DNA of 64,000 nucleotides, taken from assembly GCA_937625935.1 (NCBI GenBank), contig OW569377.1, positions 62,001-126,000 of the forward strand. The letters are read 5' to 3'. This document shows, in pieces, positions 1 through 10,937 of the stretch. The translations under genes and the position numbers were made by a program. The stretch is from Tetramitus jugosus. Its lineage: Eukaryota > Protista > Heterolobosea. Each line of letters starts with the position of its first letter. The stretch's first letter is position 1. A model generated the notes under the pieces. That model did not search any database and had not been told where the DNA came from. It was given only the letters and a program-made list of their open reading frames with translations.

Positions 1-1904
1 TTTTGGTGCTGGTCGTATGCATCTAATTCTTCTTGTAATGATAAAATAGTTTCATCCCTGTCATTCAATCTACTAGTAAGAGCAATCATGATATCTCTTT
101 GTTTGAGCAATAATTGCTTGTATCTCTCGACATTTGCCTTATCTTCGTCAAATGTCTGAATATCTCTTTCTAGTTCAGCTATTCGATTGTGGTATTGTCT
201 TTCGACCTTCTTCATTTCTCGTTTTAGTATGCTTCGGAACTGAGGGTCGTCCTCCAATTTCTCTCCTCCCACATGAATCTTACTCATCATTTGAGAAATT
301 CTCTCTTCCAGTTGTCTCTTCTCCTTAATCTCCTGTTGGAACAACTTATTCTTCTCTTGAAGTTCTCGCACAACCTCTTCCTTTTCTTTCTCTGCTTTTC
401 TCTTCTCAATAACCAACTGATTAATTTTTGCTCTATCTACTGCAACCTTATTCTTCTGTTCGAGTTCTTGTCTCAATTTCTTCAATTCTCTTTCGTACTT
501 TCTGAGCAATGCTCTTTGATCCAAATCCTCATTGATATGAGCATCGTTCTTAATGCTCTTGGCTCTATGAGCAAATTTAAGTGTTGATAGTGACTCTGAG
601 AATGCCTCTTGTGCCGGAGACACCATCGCCATCATTGTCGTTTTACAATTGCCTCCCAAACTGTCTTCCAATAATCTCGTAAGTTTGGAGTCTCTGTATG
701 GAATGTGCTGCCTTCCTTTCGGATCAGTTAATGCTGAGATAACATTTCCAAGACAAGCCAAACTTTGATTGATGTTCTTCACTTCTTCCAACCGTTTTCC
801 CGTGGCTCCCGAGAGTCTTACTCTCTCACTACCAGCCAAATCAACCAGATTTAGCTTTCCAATCTTGAATGACTGTCGAATCTCACCCACAAACTCCTCT
901 CCGCTTTCTTTTATTGCCTCATACTCTTCGATATCAATCTCCTTTCCATTACTACCAACAATAGTTCGTTCTGACTGTTCACAAACAATGATGAATACTG
1001 CGTGAGATCTGCTACTCAATTCGTTCAGCCTTGTTGCCCCAGTGGCTCTGGCGTTTGCTCCCTTCTGTATGAGGGCATGAATTTCTTTGGGTGATCGAAC
1101 AATGTATTCCTTTAATCCCTCTACATACACTCCCTTCTTCTTGTCCTCTCTAATGGTGAGGAAATTACTCTCTGGATTCAATAGATCTGATACGACTTCG
1201 TTATAGATTTGGAGATAAGAGGCACGAATAAGGAAATTGGACTTTGGATCTCCGGTCTGAATACCTGTGGAAAGAAAAAGAATGAATATCCAATACGAGG
1301 ACGCTACTCAACCAATCATGTGAAACATACAATTAAATATATCTTCCGTAGCTCGAGGAATGATACCTCGATCCTCGTTCCTGCTGTTCGTAAATCCTTC
1401 CATAGTAAACGTTTTACCAGTACCTGTTTGTCCACTGTGCAGTTGAATCATGGTGTTACAATACAGACACAGAGACGATAATCATGACAATAGATAAACA
1501 ACATACTAAGCGATAATGGATGCATTATAACCCTTCAAAACGCTAAGAACAGCCTCCCTAGCAGTATTTTCATAGACTTCAGCTTGTCTACATCCCATAT
1601 CATACACTCGATCAAACTTGAACTTGTATTGACTAAATACTTCGTTCTGATTGTCTTCTTCGGCCTCCCTACCCGTTTGCTCATTCACATGATCTCCTAT
1701 GGAGATGGTTTGAGCATCATTATCGACTCTAACAATGTTTTTGAAACCGGTGGAGCCATAAATATTGTACTTTTTAAGTTCTCGTTCCAGTGGAGGTCTC
1801 ACACGAATCACAACTTTGAAATTGTTGGTCGAATGACCTAGTACGGAAGAACCATTGATGGATGTACCAATAAAGCTACCTGATCTTCTCTTTTGTGCAT
1901 TCAT
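1..1904 (-). CDS. Kinesin motor protein, 3' end outside window; exons 1904-1507, 1434-1331, 1264-<1
   Basis: Spliced translation gives VVIRVRP, FKFDRVY, AYGQTGTGKTFTM (P-loop), SYLQIYNE, SSRSHAVF, LVDLAGSER and HIPYRDSKLTRLLEDSLGG. Two GTATGT...CAG introns keep the frame. A coiled-coil follows the motor. Confidence 0.93.
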
Positions 1905-2177
1905 TGTTCTGAACAAAGAACTAGGACGAAGAATGCTCTGTGTTTGGAGTTAGCTTGGGAGACACCTTCAAGTGATAAATGAGGGAACAAAGCTAATCCT
2001 TGTTGCAGAATGTGATGATTTGTGCGAGCAATGAGCGTGTCGTCACCATGTCCCCCCATGGTTACAGTTTCCATCACCCAGCCGTAATGAGTTTGGCGCC
2101 ATTGGACAAGGCTTTTTTCCGAAGCGTTTCAACTAATTTTGCCGACTCAAGGAATAAAACACATCAAAAAAAGCAAA

Positions 2178-3115
2178 ATGTCTGCTCAGGACATCGACTT
2201 CAAGGTAAAGTCAACTCAATTTTTGATTTGCTGCCATTGTCCATCCTAACATTCGTTTCTTTTTCAAATATTCTTCTATAGGTTGTCATTCTCGGAAATA
2301 GGTACGTTTTTGATGGAACATTCACTTTTGTTGGGATGGATTTTTGCAAGAGAAGGACACATATATTTCTTCTGCTTTTCGTTTTTCTCTATTTTTTTTG
2401 TGTCACTCTTGCTTTCAAAATTCAGCACAATGTTGTTGTGCTTGTGATCACAAATTGTGTAACCACAAAAGCTTACATGATGAATTGTTGTATTTAAATA
2501 ATTGTATGATGAATGAATGGATTGGATAGCCACGTGGGAAAATCATGTATTTTAGCGAGATTTATTGAAGGAACGTTTGAACCGGCAGTGACTACGATTG
2601 GAGCATGTTTCTTTCGAAAAGTGCTAAACTATGAAGGCAAGAATTGGATATTGGGACTATGGGACACTGCAGGTCAAGAGAGATATAGCTCTCTCAGTTC
2701 ATTCTACTGTCGTGGTGCTGTGTGTGCCATTGTTGCGTTTGATTTAACGGACAGAGAGTCATTTGAAAATGTGCCAAAGTGGATTTTGAAGCTTCAAACA
2801 TCGTCACCCGCCGACAACTATTTTACGATACTGGTGGGCACAAAGGTTGATCTCGTTGTGAAGGACGCTAGCTCTCGAAGAGTCACCATGGTGGAAGCAA
2901 TGGAAATGTCCGATAGAATAGACGCAATTTCATATGTGGAAACTTCGAGTCTCACGGGAGAGAATGTCGCAAAGATTTTTGAGCAGATTGTGTCAAAGTA
3001 TGCACAGAATGTACAGAGTGGTCTCTCCAATCCATCCCCAACTGCCAAGAGCAGTCTGAATATTAATAATCCATCTTCTCCGAGTACTCCCACACGGACA
3101 AACCCTTGCTGTTAA
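2178..3115 (+). CDS. Rab-family small GTPase; introns 2205-2281 and 2302-2529
   Basis: Spliced MSAQDIDFKVVILGNSHVGKS, TTIGACF, WDTAGQERY, GTKVDL, ETSS, and a C-terminal CC geranylgeranylation motif. Confidence 0.93.
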
Positions 3116-3262
3116 ACTGTGGAATGCTGCCATCTGCCATATCCCTTTACTTGAACCTTGTTCCCGTCACCACAAATTAATGTATTTCCCCGAGCCGAAA
3201 CATTGGCGCCTTTTTCTATCGATCTGCACTTTTCCAGTTTCTTCGAGAAATAAAGTGAACAC

Positions 3263-4678
3263 ATGGCCAAGATTTTCATTCGAAAGAAACAACAGCAGCA
3301 AGACGAGGACGACACTCTTCTCTCACCCACAACAATGGTCACCAGACAGGGTGCCGCTTCCTCCAGTCGTCACAACAAGGAGAACCATGACCCTTCTCAC
3401 CACATGCATGACAATCATCAATCAAACAACACCAACAATCATCATGCATGTTCAGAAACTGAATTGTTATCCACTCCAACTACCACTAGGAAAAGACGCT
3501 GCTACACTCCTTCAGCATCACCATCACAATCAACCAACAAAAAAAAGAGACTCTTGGCCAACACACTCAAATCACCAACAACATCAACAACAGAAGCACT
3601 CACATGCAACATTTGTTTTGATCAAATTGAAATTCGAGGAAAATTAGACTCGTGCATGCACATGTACTGCATGTCATGTATAGAACAGTGGAGCAAGGAC
3701 AGTACATTGTGTCCTCTGTGTCGAAAACGTTACTTTTCCATTACTCGCATACGATTGACTTCAAAACTATCAATCCATCAAAACAATAGTAACAATAGTA
3801 GTTCATCATCACAACAACAACAATCAACACCCAACAAGAATCTCTATAGTAGTAGTAGTAGTCCAAGTCAACCAGTCAAAGTTCGAGTTCAACCCAAGGA
3901 CTTTAAAGACACGAGAGACGATGAAGAGTACTATGGAACCATTGCTCAATTAGTGAGTGAAGAGTATAATGATGATTATCATGACGCTGATGAGATGGAA
4001 GAGGATGAGAATGGAAATTTGAGAGGATTTGTGGTGGATGATGACGATATAGAGTATGATGAGACAAGGAATGCATGGGGCAGTCAATACGACAATCAAG
4101 AAGAAGAAGAAGAGGAATTTGATTTTACTCAGGATGAATCGCCCTATGTCGACCGAAGACAACTGCAACAACAAAAGAGGAGACGTCGATTGATACGTCG
4201 CAGAGAACAGATTGGAGCATCGTCGTCGTCATCGTCCGGTTCATTGATGAATCGATTTGAGACAACCATTTCAAGTCAAGATAGTTTGTTTGCAGCAACG
4301 GCAGAGAATGAGGAGGAGGTAGAGGAGAATGAAGGTGAGGATGGTCAACGTTCACTCTTGTCTTCGTCTGCTTTGGAGAGTGAAAATCACCAGCATCACA
4401 ACACGACAATTGTTTCCTCAACAAGCGAAACATCGGTCATATCAATACGGTCTACACCTTCGCCTCCCAAAGACAAGAAGAAGAAGGGAAAACAGTGCTT
4501 GATACTGAGAGGATCGAATCGTGTGAACCGAGAGGCCAGCAGCAGACGTGAGGATGTCAACAACCAACAACGGAATCAAGAGGAAGGATATGACTCGGAT
4601 GAAACCAAGATTCTGGATCAGGCAGAGATTGAAAGGATAATATCCATTATGAACTTTCAAGCTTCCACTGAGCAATAA
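3263..4678 (+). CDS. RING-HC finger protein, putative E3 ligase with acidic/low-complexity tail
   Basis: CNICFDQIEIRGKLDSCMHMYCMSCIEQWSKDSTLCPLCR is a C3HC4 RING; 471-aa ORF. Confidence 0.85.
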   Translation: MAKIFIRKKQQQQDEDDTLLSPTTMVTRQGAASSSRHNKENHDPSHHMHDNHQSNNTNNHHACSETELLSTPTTTRKRRCYTPSASPSQSTNKKKRLLANTLKSPTTSTTEALTCNICFDQIEIRGKLDSCMHMYCMSCIEQWSKDSTLCPLCRKRYFSITRIRLTSKLSIHQNNSNNSSSSSQQQQSTPNKNLYSSSSSPSQPVKVRVQPKDFKDTRDDEEYYGTIAQLVSEEYNDDYHDADEMEEDENGNLRGFVVDDDDIEYDETRNAWGSQYDNQEEEEEEFDFTQDESPYVDRRQLQQQKRRRRLIRRREQIGASSSSSSGSLMNRFETTISSQDSLFAATAENEEEVEENEGEDGQRSLLSSSALESENHQHHNTTIVSSTSETSVISIRSTPSPPKDKKKKGKQCLILRGSNRVNREASSRREDVNNQQRNQEEGYDSDETKILDQAEIERIISIMNFQASTEQ

Positions 4679-4933
4679 AGAAGTAATCTAACACAGATTT
4701 CTGATCCATCATAAATGGAGCCAAGTTTTTTTCACTCTGATCGCTTTCTATTTGGCATCAAGATGTAGATCACCAGGTCCATGCTGAAGGTTTGAAAGAA
4801 TATCCACAGTGAATTGATGTGCATCATCTACTGCCTTCATCAACGTGTTTCGAGCTTGATTGAATGTCGAAAACTCTCCCTGCTTTGTAAAACTGCGGTT
4901 GTATTCTTTTCCATAATCGATCAATCAACCCAA

Positions 4934-5335
4934 GGTGAACAATTGACAATTGTCCATTGGCACAAGCAAACTGAAACAAGGAATAGCAGGCATCTCCACG
5001 TGAGAGGAAACCTAGTGGACACAGTTTGTCTCCAGGGCTATTACATTGATACTGATCAGGTGGATAGCATGCAAGTCCACAGGAGAGATGATTCAAAGGA
5101 CAGAGTCTGTTCCCATTGTTACATTGATGAGTAGCTTTGTTGTAACAGGTAAGACGACCTCCATTGTTGTTTAAGTCATTGCAGCAGCCGTCGTTAGGTC
5201 CACAGATTGTGCAAGTACATGAACACCAATAAATTACAAGTAGAAAGCTACAAGGATAATTGATTTCATCTTACTTGGCTTTGGGTTTTGGGTTGACTGG
5301 TGGATTCACAGGCCCAAATTGTTTTACTCCACCTC
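4934..5335 (-). pseudogene. Rearranged, frameshifted copy of the Cys-rich secreted protein gene at 21192-21758
   Basis: 4934-5269 is near-identical to about 21420-21758 but has indels in the signal-peptide region and a 7-bp ACAATTG duplication. 5296-5335 is the parent's 3' end (TGGFTGPNCFTPP) in inverted orientation. Confidence 0.88.
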
Positions 5336-5560
5336 ATTGCCTTGTGATCTAAATATAGTTGACAGCTACTTTTCTGCGCTCACGGGATTTTGGGAAATCA
5401 AACCATGCTTTTGGATCTCCCGATGCACAGCAATACACATGAGGGAATCGGAATAAACATATCCAGGAGTTTTGCACATCACGTTGGAAGAATTTTCCAG
5501 CAGAGAAGAAGCTCCCACAGATATTTGAATTTCCACACACAGAAAAGCAACATCCATCAT

Positions 5561-7894
5561 ATGACGACCGCTAATAAGAGATCCTCATTAGCCACTACTA
5601 ATATGTGTGTTGTGACTGAGCGTACTGTGCCGTTGGTGCACAAGCTCTTGTCTACTACTGCTTCTCCAGATTCTCCAAAGAGTCCTCCAAAGAAGGTGAT
5701 TCCATCAAGCTCAATGACCTTTCAAGAGTTGATGAATAGCCTTCCAAGTGATGTCTTTGAGAGATCTAGCAGAAAAGCTATTCTTTCCATTGTTGTTAGC
5801 ATTGCTTTGATCACTGTGGGCACGTTGTTGACACGTTACACCCCATGGTTTTTATTGCCCGCCAATTGGTTGTTTGTCGGAGTTGTAGCTTGCGGTCTTT
5901 TTGCTGTTGGTTACAATTGCAGTCAAGAGTCCTTCTTCAACTCTTCTAATACTCCTAGCTGGGTAAACTCTGTCGTAGGTGCCACCTCCATGATGGTGTT
6001 GCTGTATCCTTATGAGAGCTTTAAGAGATTGCAAATGAACTTGAATAAGAACATGGCGAACGAGAAGGAGGAAATGAAGGATTTGGGTTTTGTAGCTTCA
6101 CTCTACAATTGGGTTCGTTCATTGGCCAATGGTCCATTCTGGTTTTTGGCATCTGCTTTTGAATGGATTACTACGAATGTGTACTATGAGGGAACTACGA
6201 GCGTTGTTGTGAACGCTGTTTGCGTCTATGCTTTTGCCGCTCTACTCTTCTCGTTGACCATTTATTTTGGTGGTGTTTGGACTCTGTTCAAGTACTATTT
6301 GGCTCCATTGATTGTCTTCCACATTTGCATGAGCACCTTCTTGAAGGTGAATGAGATTGGAAATCGCAGACAACAAGGAACACAAATCACAAGCTTCCCA
6401 TCCATTTTGGAAATCTTGACCAATTGTGCCAATCATTCCTATGTGATTCGTTTCAAGTGGAACACACCAAAGAAGGTGGAAGATGACGACGATAGTGATG
6501 AAGAAGAAGAAGAGGAAGAAGTCAAGAACAAGCAAGAAGAAGAAGAGCACTCTACACTGTTCAATTCGATGCAAGAGGCTCTCTCTAGCTTGGTTCCATC
6601 CTATAACTTGAGAAAAGCAAAGGCTGCTTTGGCCAAATTGGATGGAATTAATTTTGATTCGTTCAAATTGTCTCAAATTAAGGAAACTTTGACCACTGAT
6701 GGAAAGGGTGAACCATTGGACCTATCCAAGGTCGACTGGGTCATCAGTGTCTACTTGATTGGTAGCTTGTTGGGCACACTCTATGGCTTCTTGTTCTGTA
6801 CTTGGTATTGGAAGACTTGGGTATTGTCATTTGTAGGTTATCAATTGGCTGGATTAGGTATCACCGCAGGTTATCATCGTCTGTTCTCTCATAGATCCTA
6901 TCAAGCTCATCCTATTGTTCGTTATGTGTTGCTCGCTCTCGGTACCTCTTCCTTCCAAGGATCTGTTCTGAGTTGGAGCTCTGATCACAGAGTGCATCAC
7001 AGGTACACGGACACGAACAAAGATCCATATGATATTACAAAGGGATTCTGGTTCGCTCATTGGGGATGGTTGTTCCTCAAGAGAGAATCTGAAGTGAAGG
7101 GCGTGGAAGACTTGCAAGCAGATCCTGCGATTTGCTTCCAACATGAACATTATCAAGCTCTGGGATTCGTTTTGTGCTATCTTGTGCCATGTGCCGTTGC
7201 TGGATTGTTCTGGGGAGATTACTGGGGTGGTTTCTGGATTGGTGGTGTCTTGAAGACCACCTTCCTCCAACATTGCACCTTCTTCATCAACAGTTTGGCT
7301 CATATTTGGGGAGAAGCAACCTTCACACAACACAGATCTGCAAGAAACTCGTACGTAGTCTCTCTGTTCACATTCGGTGAAGGCTATCACAACACCCATC
7401 ACGAGTTCCCATTCGATTATAGAAATGGTATCCATTTCTACGATTACGATCCAGGCAAGTGGTTGATTGCTTCATTGTACTACTTGGGATTGGCGTGGGA
7501 CCTCAAGATGTTCTGTCCAGACTTGTTCGAAAAGGGTCGTATTCAACAATTGCAACGCAAGGTCGACGAAGCAAAGAAGAAGCTTGAGTGGGGACCAGAT
7601 GTTGAACAGTTGGAAGTGAAGACCTGGGAAGATTTCCAGACAGATGTCAAGAAGAAGGACCGTCAATACATGGTCATCAACAACATTGCTCATGATGTCA
7701 CTGGATTCGCAGCAGAGCACCCAGGTGGTAAGGCATTTGTCGATGCTTGGATCGGAAAGGATGCCACTGAGCCATTCCTCGGTGGTTCTTACAATCACAG
7801 CAATGCAGCAAAGAACTTGTTGGCAACCAAGAGAGCATATCTGATTAAGGATGTGCCCTCATCAAAGGCTGTCAAGAAGATCAAAGCAGCGTAA
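5561..7894 (+). CDS. Delta9 acyl desaturase-cytochrome b5 (Ole1-type) with an N-terminal degenerate DesA/FAD6-like desaturase domain
   Basis: C-terminal half has GITAGYHRLFSH, DHRVHHRYTDT, GEGYHNTHHEFP and cyt b5 HPGG. N-terminal half follows the omega-6 desaturase scaffold but lacks His boxes. Start placed at the ATG at 5561. Confidence 0.9.
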   Translation: MTTANKRSSLATTNMCVVTERTVPLVHKLLSTTASPDSPKSPPKKVIPSSSMTFQELMNSLPSDVFERSSRKAILSIVVSIALITVGTLLTRYTPWFLLPANWLFVGVVACGLFAVGYNCSQESFFNSSNTPSWVNSVVGATSMMVLLYPYESFKRLQMNLNKNMANEKEEMKDLGFVASLYNWVRSLANGPFWFLASAFEWITTNVYYEGTTSVVVNAVCVYAFAALLFSLTIYFGGVWTLFKYYLAPLIVFHICMSTFLKVNEIGNRRQQGTQITSFPSILEILTNCANHSYVIRFKWNTPKKVEDDDDSDEEEEEEEVKNKQEEEEHSTLFNSMQEALSSLVPSYNLRKAKAALAKLDGINFDSFKLSQIKETLTTDGKGEPLDLSKVDWVISVYLIGSLLGTLYGFLFCTWYWKTWVLSFVGYQLAGLGITAGYHRLFSHRSYQAHPIVRYVLLALGTSSFQGSVLSWSSDHRVHHRYTDTNKDPYDITKGFWFAHWGWLFLKRESEVKGVEDLQADPAICFQHEHYQALGFVLCYLVPCAVAGLFWGDYWGGFWIGGVLKTTFLQHCTFFINSLAHIWGEATFTQHRSARNSYVVSLFTFGEGYHNTHHEFPFDYRNGIHFYDYDPGKWLIASLYYLGLAWDLKMFCPDLFEKGRIQQLQRKVDEAKKKLEWGPDVEQLEVKTWEDFQTDVKKKDRQYMVINNIAHDVTGFAAEHPGGKAFVDAWIGKDATEPFLGGSYNHSNAAKNLLATKRAYLIKDVPSSKAVKKIKAA

Positions 7895-8299
7895 CATTGG
7901 CTTTCAGCACAATGTTAGCTGCTGCGCAAACGAAATCATAGTTGTACATTAGTTTTTTATTTACTTTTTGAAGCGAAACCCATTTTCATCAAATAAAGTT
8001 CAAATAGACTATTGTCTCTAGACATTTGGAGTTGTTCCTGCGAGTCTTCCCTGGTAATTAGGAGAGATGGATTTTTTTGTAACTCGCAAATTGTCCTCAG
8101 TCTACGACCGGTGAGCACATGAAAACCAATCATTTACTTAACATGGGTAAAAAACTTCACGAAACAAGAATGTGCGTTGTATCAACGGACTATAAATACA
8201 TCCGCAAATGCGCATATTGTGGCTCATTTGCTACATGTGGTCATAAGCTCTTGTTTTCAATCAAGTTGAAAGAACAACAAAACAACAAAGCAAAAAGAC

Positions 8300-9139
8300 A
8301 TGAGAATTGGTATCTTGGGAGCTGGTCATATTGGCTCTACTCTTGCAAAGAAGTACGTCATGAAAGGACATAAGGTTTTCATTGCTAATTCACGTGGACC
8401 ACAATCTCTCACAAAGGTTGTTGAGGAAACGGGAGCCACTGCAGTTTCAGCTACTGATGTGGTGAAGAATGTTGATGTTGTCATTGTGTCAATTACTTTG
8501 AAAAGTATTCCATTGTTACCCAAGGACTTGTTCGATGGAGTGCCCAAGGATGTTCCTGTCATTGATACATGCAACTACTATCCTATGAGAGATGGAGTGA
8601 TTGAAGTGCTTGAGAGTGGAATGCCACACAGTGTCTGGGTATCTGAACAACTGGGACGCCCTGTGATCAAAGCATTTAATAGTATTCTGACCTACAGCTT
8701 AATCCACCTGGGACAACCTGAAAACACACAGGGCAGGATTGCGCTACCAGTAGCAGGTGATGATCTGAATGCTAAGAAGATAGCTATGGAATTAGTTAAT
8801 GATGCAGGCTTCGATGCTGTTGACTCAGGAACTCTTGAAGAATCATGGAGACAACATCCAGGTACTCCTGTTTATTGTACAGATTTGAAGGCAGAGGAGC
8901 TCAAGGTTGCCCTTTCAGTAGCTGACAAAGATTTAACTCCTACAGTACGTGACCTTGCACTCCAGAGGATGGATACTTTGAGACAGGCGATCGGGCAGGT
9001 CAATCAATCATCTGGTTATACACTCAATCTCACCCTTCAAGACATGCTCGATCTTGGTGACAGATCCATGAATGACATGACGGTTACTATCAATCGTTCT
9101 TCACAGATGGAGCTATTGCTTAAGCAGGTTAATAAATAA
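8300..9139 (+). CDS. NADP-binding oxidoreductase, F420_oxidored / NADPH-dependent F420 reductase-like family
   Basis: RIGILGAGHIG Rossmann motif, IANSRGPQSL, VIDTCNYYP, VIKAFN, GFDAVDSGTL and SWRQHPGTPVY; intronless. Confidence 0.88.
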   Translation: MRIGILGAGHIGSTLAKKYVMKGHKVFIANSRGPQSLTKVVEETGATAVSATDVVKNVDVVIVSITLKSIPLLPKDLFDGVPKDVPVIDTCNYYPMRDGVIEVLESGMPHSVWVSEQLGRPVIKAFNSILTYSLIHLGQPENTQGRIALPVAGDDLNAKKIAMELVNDAGFDAVDSGTLEESWRQHPGTPVYCTDLKAEELKVALSVADKDLTPTVRDLALQRMDTLRQAIGQVNQSSGYTLNLTLQDMLDLGDRSMNDMTVTINRSSQMELLLKQVNK

Positions 9140-9667
9140 CAACTGTTGGTGACCTTGTCTGAGTTGTTCATTTGTTAGAGTAGGTAGTCTCTCCAGCATT
9201 CAAGAAGAATGTACCAATGTGTTTATCATCAACAGCCACCCTAAAAACACACTTCCCTTAGCAAATCAATGTTGTCATGACCCAACATCTTCATGATTCT
9301 GAGCAGGTCCATCGTCTGTACAGTCACTGGCTCCGTCTCTTCTACATGACTCACTCCCTTGATTGCCGTTCCACATGATCCTTTGTGAGTACTGGTTTGT
9401 TGAGGATCACTGACCAGTGGATAGAGCTCAAATCTTCCATTGAGTCAAGCGCACGCAACTTAAGCAGGAGATGGTGTGTTTGGAAGCAGTATGGTCCGAT
9501 CCCAGATGCTCTTCAAGTGAATCGTGACGACGGCGTCAATCGCTCTGAGAGTGAATCGTAATGATCCACAACTATGAACAACAATCCCGGGAAGAAACCA
9601 ATTCTAACAGTGCAACCATAAGTAAAAAAAACGATCCGATTCGCAGAACTACAAACTTTGCAACGAA

Positions 9668-9922
9668 ATGAACACAGAACGACAAGAGAGGACCATCACA
9701 GAAGGAGCACTAAACTTTGAACAAAAGAGTTTGCTGAATCAGTTCAGAGCACTGTACGAGAAGGAAGACTTGGAATACCTATCAAAGTCCAACATACACA
9801 CGCGATTCTTCCATGACTTACTGAACCAACTATTGATCCACCAGCCCGAAGATGTTGTCGGCTTCGTGCAACAACACTTTGCGCACCTCAAAAAAGAGAA
9901 CAACAAGACACTTTCGCATTAA
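9668..9922 (+). CDS. Small protein with Dpy-30/RIIa-like dimerisation-docking motif
   Basis: EYLSKSNIHTRFFHDLLNQLLIHQPEDVVGFVQQHF matches the YL....I...l..ll...PeDp..F...yF pattern. Confidence 0.65.
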   Translation: MNTERQERTITEGALNFEQKSLLNQFRALYEKEDLEYLSKSNIHTRFFHDLLNQLLIHQPEDVVGFVQQHFAHLKKENNKTLSH

Positions 9923-9948
9923 GTATAAAAAGAAAAAATTTATGACAT

Positions 9949-10398
9949 TTACTTTTCTTCCTTGACATCAATAGCTTGTTCAATACCGAAAGCTTGTTGA
10001 ACAGTGACGAGCAAGTCCTTTTCTTCTTCGAACAAAGATCTAATCTTTGGACCAACTTCGTCATTTGGGAGCTTCAAGTCAGACTTTTCGTCGTTGCTAT
10101 CAAGATCCAACAAGACAAGGTAACCATCGGAGGTAATGTCCATCAAGGAGTAGTCCTTTCTGATGACTTCTGGGCAGTCAACGTTGTGGGAAGTTGGGCA
10201 TCCGTCTTCGTACTTCTTTCCAGTGAAGATATCAAGAGCGGTGATACTGGCCTTAGCGTGACCATGCTTTCCGGTCTTGGAGGTGGTGATTTCAGTAATC
10301 TTGCAAGGATGATCTTGGATGATCATAAAGTCACCCTTCTTCAAGGAGCCAGCTTGCTTTGGGAAAGTTCTAGTTGTGACGGATGATGCTGAGGACAT
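9949..10398 (-). CDS. eIF5A: Translation factor eIF5A
   Basis: Hypusination motif TSKTGKHGHAK, GKKYED, PTSHN; 149 aa. Confidence 0.97.
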   Translation of the reverse strand: MSSASSVTTRTFPKQAGSLKKGDFMIIQDHPCKITEITTSKTGKHGHAKASITALDIFTGKKYEDGCPTSHNVDCPEVIRKDYSLMDITSDGYLVLLDLDSNDEKSDLKLPNDEVGPKIRSLFEEEKDLLVTVQQAFGIEQAIDVKEEK

Positions 10399-10937
10399 TT
10401 TGATGTGTTATTTGTTGTTGTTGGTAGTTTGCTTTTGATTTGTTTGTTTGTGAGCAAATCAGACGCGCGGTGTGGGAATTTTTGTTGAACCTTCAGTCAA
10501 CCAAATGATGGATGCGCTTACAACAACTCGATGGAACAAAACACGTTGGTGCAATTTAGAAAAAGAAGAAAGAATTATTTTGAAGGAGTGGTTGTATCAA
10601 TTTGGGATTTGGGCAACATTTGATTCGATGGTGATTCAATATTCTGAAAGTGTTTTGTCATAATTGTCATGTCACGAGCGCAATTGTTTTTCGCCAGAAC
10701 CGCCAAATAATTTCCGGCGTTTTTCTGGTATCTACGATAGAACTATTCGAACAAGCCTCAATTCTACGCCTATCACGAGCAACGACAATTTTCGTTACGA
10801 CAAAAAATCGAACTATTGAACACCTTAGTGACTAGAGTGACAAAGGGAAGCTCATTAAAGGTTTTGGTGTACAATAGAGTCACGATCTCCACTTTGAACG
10901 ATTGCATTCATCATAAACGTTTCTGAGCTCGTAGAAA

